Origin: a virus
Lineage: Duplodnaviria > Caudoviricetes
Strand: one strand, 5' to 3'
Length of the DNA: 38,280 nt
Virus record (IMG/VR): IMGVR_UViG_3300030095_002183
Coordinates: 1 to 38,280 of that record
Each line of letters starts with the position of its first letter. Position 1 is the stretch's first letter. The position numbers were made by a program, and so were the translations under genes. A model generated the notes under the pieces. It was not told the DNA's origin. It made no database searches and was given only the letters and a program-made list of their open reading frames with translations. Below, one piece after another: positions 29,319 to 36,690 of the stretch.

Positions 29319-29894
29319 CTACATTATATGTAGTGCTTCCGCTTTGTTTAAAGCATCCTCTGCACTAATATTCAAATAAAGAGAAGTAGAAGCAACATTA
29401 GAATGTCCTAATAGTTGTCTACAAGTTTCAATGTCTCTAGTTTCTTTATATACAATACTAGGTTTGGTCCTACGTAAGCTATGGCTACTGTACAGTTCCC
29501 AATCTAGTCCTGCTTTGTAGGCTATTTCTTTTACTATATTTCTATACATCTTGTCACTAAGGGGTTTCAAGTTGCCCATCTTGTCTCTTGCTCTACTTGG
29601 AAACAAAGGATCATTGCTTTCTAGTTTTCGGGATCTTACCCATCTATCGGTCAGATCCATAGTGAATTCTGATAGCCTACATGAAACTCGTCTAGCTGTT
29701 TTCTTCTGCTTGACTTCTATGTTCTTGCGGACTCTTCCATGAGAATCAATTAGGTCTTTAACTCTGAGATTAATTAAATCTACACAACGGAGACAAGTAT
29801 CTACATGAACACAAAATAAAAGTTGATTTCTACCATGAAGTGAGGATCTAATCGCATGGATCTGATCCTTAGTGAAGGGAAGTTTTTGGGGCAT
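29319..29894 (-). CDS. tyrosine recombinase, catalytic domain only (191 aa)
   Basis: R (CLRCVDL), K (QKKT), HSLRR, LLGH and catalytic Y (TSLYL) are all present; AAGGA SD. Confidence 0.92.
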   Translation of the reverse strand: MPQKLPFTKDQIHAIRSSLHGRNQLLFCVHVDTCLRCVDLINLRVKDLIDSHGRVRKNIEVKQKKTARRVSCRLSEFTMDLTDRWVRSRKLESNDPLFPSRARDKMGNLKPLSDKMYRNIVKEIAYKAGLDWELYSSHSLRRTKPSIVYKETRDIETCRQLLGHSNVASTSLYLNISAEDALNKAEALHIM

Positions 29895-30071
29895 AGTGTC
29901 CTTTTAATTGAGAAATTAGAGAGATAAAGCAGTTTTCGGGCTAATACATCATGGGCAGTTTTCGGGGAAGAAGTTTTCGGGTATATTTCTATCTGCGATC
30001 CTGAGAAAGCAAATAAAAACAAAAATAGATCCTGAAATATTTTATTTTATTGTCAAGAATAAAAATTAAAG

Positions 30072-30115
30072 AAACCCTTGAATCATTAGAATATTATACC
30101 ATGATCCAAGGGTTT
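30072..30115 (-). terminator. long hairpin with U-rich tail after the Gp88-like gene
   Basis: AAACCCTTGGATCAT/ATGATTCAAGGGTTT followed by CTTTAATTTTT; TTGACA at 30056-30051 just downstream. Confidence 0.55.
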
Positions 30116-30134
30116 GAGGAAGGAATACTTAACT

Positions 30135-30824
30135 TTATTGTACAAAAGAAGAAACAAGTTTTCGGGCTGGACCTTTTGATTTTAATCCTATTACTACTCC
30201 AGTTTTATCTAAAATCCTCAGATCGTGTTTATCTCCGTTGATAACTTCAAAACCTTTCCATGTTTTCGGGATCTGATTAAATACAATTGCAATCTGACCA
30301 TTATTTTTTAAAAAGTAGAAAGCATTAGATAATTTAGTTTTTTCGCTGAAGGAATAAATTAAATGGTAGTTTTCAGGCCATTTCCAAGACTTTTGAATTT
30401 CTAAATCATTTCTACACAATAGAAACTTTTTATATAAATTTACATTTTTCGTATAATCATAAAAATCAATGTCAGGATTATTTTTAAATATACTGTAGCT
30501 GGTCCAATCGATATCACTAGTTCCATTTAATCGGACTAGTGCTTTCTTATTCTGCTTTTCTGCTTCTCTTTTTAGTTCCTTTATTTCGACATCTAACTTG
30601 GCCAAAAATAAATCTCTGTCCTGAAAATAAAGCTTAGTTCTTGCTATTCTTGCTTTTCTACTAACTTTAAATTTCATGTTACCAGAATTTTTTAAACAGA
30701 GTTTCATGCATTCACCAGCATCTGGGCAAATGACTTTGTTTGGCTCAAGGTACATCATCCGATTTAAGTGACTACCTAGGGAATCACTTTTATTTGTCTT
30801 ATGAGACTTTGAAAGTAGATACAT
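30135..30824 (-). CDS. Gp88-like phage protein (Cys cluster, radical-SAM-like)
   Basis: CPDAGECMKLCL, RLNGTSDIDW, FYDYTK, NYHLIYS, GDKHDLR...GLKSKG; start reassigned to ATG 30824 after the leader motif. Confidence 0.75.
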   Translation of the reverse strand: MYLLSKSHKTNKSDSLGSHLNRMMYLEPNKVICPDAGECMKLCLKNSGNMKFKVSRKARIARTKLYFQDRDLFLAKLDVEIKELKREAEKQNKKALVRLNGTSDIDWTSYSIFKNNPDIDFYDYTKNVNLYKKFLLCRNDLEIQKSWKWPENYHLIYSFSEKTKLSNAFYFLKNNGQIAIVFNQIPKTWKGFEVINGDKHDLRILDKTGVVIGLKSKGPARKLVSSFVQ

Positions 30825-30926
30825 ATTTAATTGAGAATTAGAGAGTTTTAAAACGGACCTAAGAATGGCCCCTTGTGACCTATCACCCATGATAGAACAC
30901 AAAATGAAATTCTCAGTAGAAACAAA

Positions 30927-30962
30927 AAACCCTAGAGAATACAATTAGATTCCCTAGGGTTT
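30927..30962 (-). terminator. intrinsic terminator-like hairpin
   Basis: AAACCCTAGGGAAT/ATTCTCTAGGGTTT followed by TTTGTTT. Confidence 0.6.
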
Positions 30963-30974
30963 GAATTAAATAGA

Positions 30975-31208
30975 TTAGGATAAAATAGATTGTATCTGAG
31001 ATTGTGTAAAATTAATTGATCCCTTTGGGAATGATTTTATCTTACCATCTTTTTTTACTAGATCCCTACAAGTCAAAGAATATTTAACTAAAGACAAAAA
31101 ATCATCTTCAGGGTTTGCAATTAAATCTTCTACATTTTCCCTAATCCAATCTTCTTGATCATCATTAGATTCAATAGTTAAATGTAAAACGTATCTATAT
31201 TTTTTCAT
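30975..31208 (-). CDS. hypothetical early protein
   Basis: ORF track; ATGA-coupled to 31205..31339. Confidence 0.6.
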   Translation of the reverse strand: MKKYRYVLHLTIESNDDQEDWIRENVEDLIANPEDDFLSLVKYSLTCRDLVKKDGKIKSFPKGSINFTQSQIQSILS

Positions 31209-31339
31209 TTATCTTGCTTAATAAAAGATTTTGTATATTTCTGGTAGAGATCCCTTTCAATGCGGATCATTTCCCCAATGATTCCCAAACCTAAAATGAT
31301 CGTAGAGATTAAAATTAATATTTCTAGTTTCCTTTGCAT
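31205..31339 (-). CDS. single-pass membrane microprotein, 44 aa
   Basis: MQRKLEILILISTIILGLGIIGEMIRIERDLYQKYTKSFIKQDK; leader motif plus AAAGGT SD. Not in the ORF track. Confidence 0.65.
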   Translation of the reverse strand: MQRKLEILILISTIILGLGIIGEMIRIERDLYQKYTKSFIKQDK

Positions 31340-31410
31340 GATTGTACCTTTGAGAGAATTAGAGAGAAACCCTAGGATCTAATATTAAACCCTAGGGATA
31401 TAATTAAATT

Positions 31411-31581
31411 TTAATAGCATCCATAACTAGGCTTCCCATATAACAATTCCATTCTGGTTTTGCCTAGTTTCGTCTTCAAGCTATGGATTTCTCTTTTCTG
31501 TTTTGTGTCTTGCTCAATTAATTGAATGACACTAGATAATAATAATTCATTTGTTTTTGTTGCTTGGCTATCTACTGACAT
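31411..31581 (-). CDS. hypothetical early protein, 56 aa
   Basis: MSVDSQATKTNELLLSSVIQLIEQDTKQKREIHSLKTKLGKTRMELLYGKPSYGCY; leader motif plus AAAGGT SD. Not in the ORF track. Confidence 0.6.
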   Translation of the reverse strand: MSVDSQATKTNELLLSSVIQLIEQDTKQKREIHSLKTKLGKTRMELLYGKPSYGCY

Positions 31582-31653
31582 ATTATACCTTTCTATTTTT
31601 GAGAATTAGAGAACTAGGGAAACTTTATTGCTTCCCTAGGAAATGAAATAAGA

Positions 31654-31911
31654 TTAAACAGGAAAAGCCCGAACAGATTTTCCTACAAGTTGAGGAGCAA
31701 ACTTTTTATCTGCACCAGAAATAACTGTATCAATATCAAGATCATCAGCATTAGCTTTAAAACGCTTTTCAGCATCAGTTCTTGTACTAGCTTCTATTTC
31801 TACAGTTGATCGGACTATCTGCTTGCACTCAAATTCAACTAAGAATTTTTTTAAACCTGAAGCTACTGTTTCGAGTGCTACTGCTTTTTCTTCTACTTTA
31901 TCTTTTCCCAT
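31654..31911 (-). CDS. hypothetical early protein
   Basis: Start reassigned to ATG 31911 (AAGGA SD); KKFLVEF...TVEIEASTRTDAEK is a common small phage domain pattern. Confidence 0.7.
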   Translation of the reverse strand: MGKDKVEEKAVALETVASGLKKFLVEFECKQIVRSTVEIEASTRTDAEKRFKANADDLDIDTVISGADKKFAPQLVGKSVRAFPV

Positions 31912-32040
31912 AATATTCCTTTTGATATGAGAATTAGAGAGTATCAAGAAAACTTTATTGTTTCCCTGAAGAATGCACTTAGAATCAAATGCATTCTATC
32001 GGGAACCCTAGGATCTAATTAAGACCCTAGGGAATTAAAA

Positions 32041-32934
32041 TTAAACTTCTTCCATTTCTTCCAGTCTCTCTTGCATTTCTAAATTTGATCTCTCTTGGTC
32101 ATTTAGATCGCTAGGCATTTCTGAAACTGGCATTGTCTCAAACTCATCATCATTTAATTCTATTTCCGTAGAAAAATCTAAATTACAGTAGTTATCCATC
32201 ATTCCAGAAAGTTTAATATTCCTACTGGTAATTTGATCTAGATTTGAGTAAATCTTAAAGCTTTCTGTATAAGCATTATTAAGACTCCATAACGTCCGAT
32301 CATTGAATTGATCATGAGAAGCAGATTGACTTCCTTCTTCTTGTCTCCATTCCCTTAAAACTTTAGGAATATTAGAAGCAGATAAAACTCCATTGTCTAC
32401 AGAGTGAATTAAAAAATCATGAACCCAGGCATCACTAGGAACTTCTGTTTTCTTGTATGCTTCGGTGCGTTTTTCGTTCACTACTTTAATATTCTGCAAT
32501 TGACCTACGGCCCTTGTCATTAACCTAGGGATTCTGGACCATACATTTTTTGTATGTCTTGTCTTAATTACTACTTCGCCACCGAATTGTAAATTAGAAC
32601 ATATAGAAATTCTTTGTCCTAGTGCAAAACCTAAAGGAAACTTTTTATCGTGACTATTACGAAATGCGATAATAGTCGAAGCATCAGGATTAATAATATC
32701 TGCATTCATGGTAGCAACACCGAACATTCTATTATGATCATGGGAAGTGCCGAACATGAAATTATCTAAATCAAAATTACATGATACTGCTTCTTTCTGA
32801 AGAAGTTCTATTACATCATGATGGGGGACAACTATATGAGTATCTGTAGATGCTGGACTAGGCAATGATGCGAGTTCTGCTTGACTCATATTACAACCTA
32901 GAATCGTCATTGAATTGTTGTATGTATTAGTCAT
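32041..32934 (-). CDS. DUF932/DUF945-like protein with acidic tail; first early gene
   Basis: RMFGV, FRNSHDK, CSNLQF, RHT, TLWSLNNAYTE motifs. Confidence 0.75.
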   Translation of the reverse strand: MTNTYNNSMTILGCNMSQAELASLPSPASTDTHIVVPHHDVIELLQKEAVSCNFDLDNFMFGTSHDHNRMFGVATMNADIINPDASTIIAFRNSHDKKFPLGFALGQRISICSNLQFGGEVVIKTRHTKNVWSRIPRLMTRAVGQLQNIKVVNEKRTEAYKKTEVPSDAWVHDFLIHSVDNGVLSASNIPKVLREWRQEEGSQSASHDQFNDRTLWSLNNAYTESFKIYSNLDQITSRNIKLSGMMDNYCNLDFSTEIELNDDEFETMPVSEMPSDLNDQERSNLEMQERLEEMEEV

Positions 32935-33160
32935 ATGTACCTTTCGTTATAATTGAGATTAGAGAGTAACGATATTCATAATTGAATAACGTAGGACCAT
33001 GTTCTCATGTTTAAATAAGGAAATAAAGAGCAGATACTAATTTATTTGCAAAACAGTTGAAATCATTAAAGAAATTAGATTATTGATCAAAAACCCCGAT
33101 ATTCACCTATCTTGTATAAGATGAGAGTCTTGAAGATGTCTTGTATCTTGTATAGGAATT

Positions 33161-33256
33161 GCTTGTGTAAAATAGAATGACTTATGTTTTACTTATGTTA
33201 AATAAAATTGCTGATGTAATACTTATGTAAAATAAAAATGCTTGTGTAAATAAATA
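33161..33256. repeat. short tandem degenerate repeats near the predicted genome end
   Basis: Six copies of ~RCTTRTGT(W)AAATA in the only large non-coding gap. Confidence 0.7.
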
Positions 33257-33690
33257 ATAGAAATGAAAAAACGATAGTATATAAAAATGAATGAAAATAT
33301 AATTTAATTCTCTACAAAAACAATTAAGTTAGAATGCAGTAGTTTTGCCCGTCTGCTAACTTATTGAAATCATTAGTCTTTGAACTTCCGTTATGGATAA
33401 AACCGGAAACTAAGGATCTTTGAGGGGGGTCAAGGGGGGATTTTCGGGTACACATACGTAGTAACCTCTACAGATTTTTGTGGCAAATTCTTTGCTTACA
33501 ATCAAAAATCGGACCCCATAGGAAACAACCTACAATACTCCCTATTTATAATATTCTAAGGGGATACTGGTAAGAACAATTTAGATATACAATAAAAAAA
33601 GAAAAAGAAACAAACAACCAGCACTCACATAAGCACCTAATAGAGACACTAGTAGAGATATAGTAGACAATAGGAATCTTTAATATATAG

Positions 33691-35394
33691 CTAGTGGTTG
33701 CTACTAGTAAAATATGTATACACAGGTTCAGATAGTCCTTTAGGTTTAGATATATATTCCCTAGCACCATCCATAAACTTCTCTAGTTCAATATCTAGTG
33801 CTTCTTCTTTTTGTCTATTGCTTTCTACTTGTTGATCAGCACCTATCTGTTCTATCCAATACCCTACTGCCATAGCAAGAGCATCTAGTCTGTCATCATG
33901 CCTTAGTGATCCCCTTTCCCTTGTTATTCTTGTCATCTGATAAAATAACTGCTTCCTTAGAGAATCCTCTACATTGTACTCCTTAGTAGATTCATAGTCC
34001 TCTGTAATCACATTAGTATCCACTATCAACCTATGTTGCATCATAACTGGTTCTAGTGTATCTATTATTCTTCTTTCTTTTTGTGTGTTGCTTCTTACTT
34101 CTTCTACTGAAACAGGATATATCCTTTTTAGGTGTGGTTTTAGTAACTCACTAAACATCCCATCCCCAAAGTTACTTTCAACTAGTACCAAGTTTACTTT
34201 GTATGCTTTTGCTAGTTTGACAAGACTTGTCATTACCTCATCAGAATACCCTCCGCTAAATCCCCCTGCTTTACATACATATAAATTACCATTCAGCATT
34301 TTTACTACTGCGTAAGCAGTTTCATCTTTACCTCTACCACTAGGATCTATACTTATTACTGATCCTGTGTATTCCTGCCAACCACTAGGTAAATCTAGAG
34401 GACCATACCATCCATCCCCTGCAAGTCCTACATTAGGTAAGTCAGTTAGTTTTGTATGATTAAGTCTTCCTGCTATTACTTCTTGTGGACCCTTCTCTTT
34501 AGGTATATCCATTACTATTAGGTCTTGTGTCTTTAATGGATACCTATCTGCATCAGACAAACTAGTATCCAGCATAAACTGGAGACTAAACCCTGCTTTC
34601 CCATAACTTAATTCTCGTTCCTCAAGATCATAACTATCAAACCTATCTGGATCTGTAGGTGTCCCTTCATCCCCTTGGTGGTTTATAATGAAGTCACTTA
34701 GCCTACTTCCATACTTCTCTTTTAGTTTCTGGTCTGGAACTCTGGCACACCAAATCTTTAGCTCATACCCTCTCTCTGGTAGTACCTCATAGAGTGTCTG
34801 CTCTGATTGTGGAGTACCCAAGAATATAATCCTACCACTAGGTTTTAATATCGCATCAAATTCCTTCACAGACTCCGCTATACGATCCCTCATTCCTTGT
34901 GTCATAGAGTTATTTGGAACCTCTATGTCATCAGCAATAATTAAGTCTGCTCTGGACCCTGCCATTTGACCAGTTATACCTACCGATTTTACAGAAGGTG
35001 CGTGAGCAGGGGTAGAAGGGCCAACATCGAAAGAAATTTTACTCTGCCTCTGATGGTCGGAGGGACGTAAATGTTGTAACACAGGCATTTCTAAGATCAA
35101 TCTCTGGGTAAATGTACTAAAATCATCTGATCTTATTTTACTTGCACTAACAACTAGTATCTTAGTCTCTGGATCTTTAAGTAGACTAAAACAACAATAA
35201 GCAGAAGTAATATAACTTTTCCCTATGCCCCTAAATGCCTCAATGACTAGTCTACGTGGACCTTCTTCTAGGTATGTAGCTATATTTTGTTGTATTGGGG
35301 TTGGTTGTGGAAGATGTAGGTGGTTCCACACATGGGAGAGGAATATCGGGAACGTAAGTCTATCTAGTAACTCTGCTTCAGTTGATGTAGTAAT
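33691..35394 (-). CDS. terL: terminase large subunit (start non-canonical or interrupted)
   Basis: AFRGIGKS, GITGQMAGSRADLIIADDIE, LGTPQ, IDPSGRGKDET, ESNFGDGMF, HDDRLDALA. The frame is open upstream of the GTG at 35331 to a TAA at 35409-35407. Confidence 0.95.
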   Translation of the reverse strand: MTTSTEAELLDRLTFPIFLSHVWNHLHLPQPTPIQQNIATYLEEGPRRLVIEAFRGIGKSYITSAYCCFSLLKDPETKILVVSASKIRSDDFSTFTQRLILEMPVLQHLRPSDHQRQSKISFDVGPSTPAHAPSVKSVGITGQMAGSRADLIIADDIEVPNNSMTQGMRDRIAESVKEFDAILKPSGRIIFLGTPQSEQTLYEVLPERGYELKIWCARVPDQKLKEKYGSRLSDFIINHQGDEGTPTDPDRFDSYDLEERELSYGKAGFSLQFMLDTSLSDADRYPLKTQDLIVMDIPKEKGPQEVIAGRLNHTKLTDLPNVGLAGDGWYGPLDLPSGWQEYTGSVISIDPSGRGKDETAYAVVKMLNGNLYVCKAGGFSGGYSDEVMTSLVKLAKAYKVNLVLVESNFGDGMFSELLKPHLKRIYPVSVEEVRSNTQKERRIIDTLEPVMMQHRLIVDTNVITEDYESTKEYNVEDSLRKQLFYQMTRITRERGSLRHDDRLDALAMAVGYWIEQIGADQQVESNRQKEEALDIELEKFMDGAREYISKPKGLSEPVYTYFTSSNH

Positions 35395-35798
35395 TATTCT
35401 AAGACTTTAGGGATTGATAATGCTGACATTTTTCTTATTAACTCAGCGTTTTTACCACCACCACCTGTGTATATTTTAGGTTTTTTTACATTCACTATAT
35501 GTTTTCTATCAATAATTGCATTAAGAGGGTGTTTTTTATTTCCCCCACTAATCATTACTGGTTTTGCTATTTGTTCTAAAGTTTTACCTTTAGGTATTTT
35601 TATTATTACTTGAGATTTACTTGTAGGCATACCCCCAGGTTTTTCTATTGCTTTTTTTCTAGCAATTGCATTATTAGGTAATTTATATGTTGTTGCTCTT
35701 GCTTTACCATCTTCTTTAATATGCAAACCTAACCCAGATTTTAAAATTTTTTCAGGGTTTTTAGTTCCATGAGTATAATAATCGTGGGATTCACACAT
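35394..35798 (-). CDS. ADP-ribosyltransferase/Tpt1-fold-like hypothetical protein
   Basis: YTHGT..PEKILKSGL, VIIKIP and IIDRKHI resemble ART-fold motifs; ATG at 35798 (or TTG 35816). Confidence 0.5.
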   Translation of the reverse strand: MCESHDYYTHGTKNPEKILKSGLGLHIKEDGKARATTYKLPNNAIARKKAIEKPGGMPTSKSQVIIKIPKGKTLEQIAKPVMISGGNKKHPLNAIIDRKHIVNVKKPKIYTGGGGKNAELIRKMSALSIPKVLE

Positions 35799-35799
35799 A

Positions 35800-36009
35800 T
35801 CAGTTGCATTCGTCAATAGACTCAGGAGGGGGCAGGGTATCTAGTAGGTTCTTGAGAGGACTATCGGCTACTGGTAGTGCTTCTATGTGGTTATCTCTAA
35901 GAAATTGTCTAGCAACATTAAGATCACCAGCAGAAGCATCACCACTTGCTATTCTATTTAGTAGTTCTTGTGTAAGAACATTATGTAAGCGTTCTAGTTT
36001 TTCTTGCAT
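35800..36009 (-). CDS. terS: terminase small subunit (gp18-like)
   Basis: LERLHNVLTQELLNRIASGDASAGDLNVARQFLRDNHI...SPLKNL..LP. Confidence 0.9.
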   Translation of the reverse strand: MQEKLERLHNVLTQELLNRIASGDASAGDLNVARQFLRDNHIEALPVADSPLKNLLDTLPPPESIDECN

Positions 36010-36197
36010 TCCAAGTATCTTAGTTTAGGCCAGTTATCTTCTGTTTCTCTGTACTCTTGAGTAGCACCTAGTAAGTAGGTAATGATGTTATCATCACAAC
36101 TACAAGGATAACTATGACATTCAGGACAAAATGGTACTGTAACAGGAGAGTTTAATGTGTAACTAAGTCTCTGGGATCTTTGTTTAATGCTTTCCAT
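35994..36197 (-). CDS. hypothetical Cys-rich protein
   Basis: CPECHSYPCSC; coupled to neighbours. Confidence 0.5.
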   Translation of the reverse strand: MESIKQRSQRLSYTLNSPVTVPFCPECHSYPCSCDDNIITYLLGATQEYRETEDNWPKLRYLECKKN

Positions 36198-36499
36198 TAG
36201 GCTATAGCTAATTTATTTCTGTTACTTATTGCTTTTGCTTTCTTTTTAGCATCTGCTTTAGACTTAGCACCCCATGCATTAAGAGAAAGTAACAATCTAC
36301 TTTTCTTACCATCTACATATTCAGGTCCAGCCATACCACCCATTCTTGCAAGGAAACTTGCTCTTCTAGGGTTATCACCTTTCCTCACAGGGGCTTTTAA
36401 AGTACCCCCTGTTTCTTTTTTATAGCTATCCCTACCTTTTTTATTTAATCCTCCAGAAGGGTTTTTACCTTCCTTACGTTGCCAAGCAGGAGATCCCAT
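36197..36499 (-). CDS. conserved basic marine-phage protein (DUF6321-like)
   Basis: SPAWQRKEGKNPSGGLN.KGR...RRASFLARMGG...SL.AW. Confidence 0.75.
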   Translation of the reverse strand: MGSPAWQRKEGKNPSGGLNKKGRDSYKKETGGTLKAPVRKGDNPRRASFLARMGGMAGPEYVDGKKSRLLLSLNAWGAKSKADAKKKAKAISNRNKLAIA

Positions 36500-36501
36500 A
36501 T

Positions 36502-36690
36502 TTAACTAATTTTTAGAGGATTCTTTTTAGCAGTCTTAGCACTATTAACAAAATCCTGTCTACTAGGACTACCTTTGGAACCTACTTTACGAGGTTTACC
36601 ACCTCTTAGTCGTTTAAGGTGTATGTTTCTGTATAATCCTGGCTTTTGTTTAAGTAGCTTGGATATTTTCTGTTGTTTAGTAAGTTCCAT
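36502..36690 (-). CDS. small basic protein
   Basis: KPGLYRNIHLKR...RKVGSKGSP...FVNSAKTAKK motif common in marine phages. Confidence 0.7.
   Translation of the reverse strand: MELTKQQKISKLLKQKPGLYRNIHLKRLRGGKPRKVGSKGSPSRQDFVNSAKTAKKNPLKIS

Larger units (their letters stand above)
29166..30270 (+). repeat. co-oriented AGTTTTCGGG repeats
   Basis: Exact copies at 29166, 29623, 29931, 29957, 29972, 30157; one-mismatch copies at 29881 and 30261. Confidence 0.8.
29272..32991 (-). repeat. seven CTCTCTAATTCTC leader repeats, mostly hairpin-associated
   Basis: Motif at 29272-29286, 29908-29923, 30831-30845, 31352-31366, 31599-31613, 31928-31941 and 32953-32966, each upstream of a gene start. Confidence 0.9.

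Noticed and set aside
29895-30135. tRNA-derived attP core
   Set aside because: No T-arm/acceptor (GGTTCGAATCC-like) sequence seen; no tRNA gene recognised anywhere in the window.
29272-32991. Early repeats as a CRISPR array or classical integron attC array
   Set aside because: Spacers are whole genes of variable length and the repeats are short; no cas genes, no GTTRRRY/RYYYAAC boxes, and no visible IntI-specific insertion in the recombinase.
33176-33203. Complete dif site
   Set aside because: The XerD arm matches but the left arm (AATGACTTATG) does not resemble a XerC arm.
35378-35806. Group I/II intron or T4 gene 60-type ribosomal hop in terL
   Set aside because: The insert is almost entirely ORF, leaving no room for a ribozyme core, and 422 nt is far longer than the known 50-nt bypass.
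1852-36028. All plus-strand ORFs in the track and the nested minus-strand ORFs (e.g. 4854..5039, 11535..11735, 15504..15725, 22982..23203, 29801..30022, 33546..33770)
   Set aside because: Antisense or out-of-frame shadows of well-supported genes, or AT-rich intergenic frames; no motifs or SDs; the genome is otherwise unidirectional.
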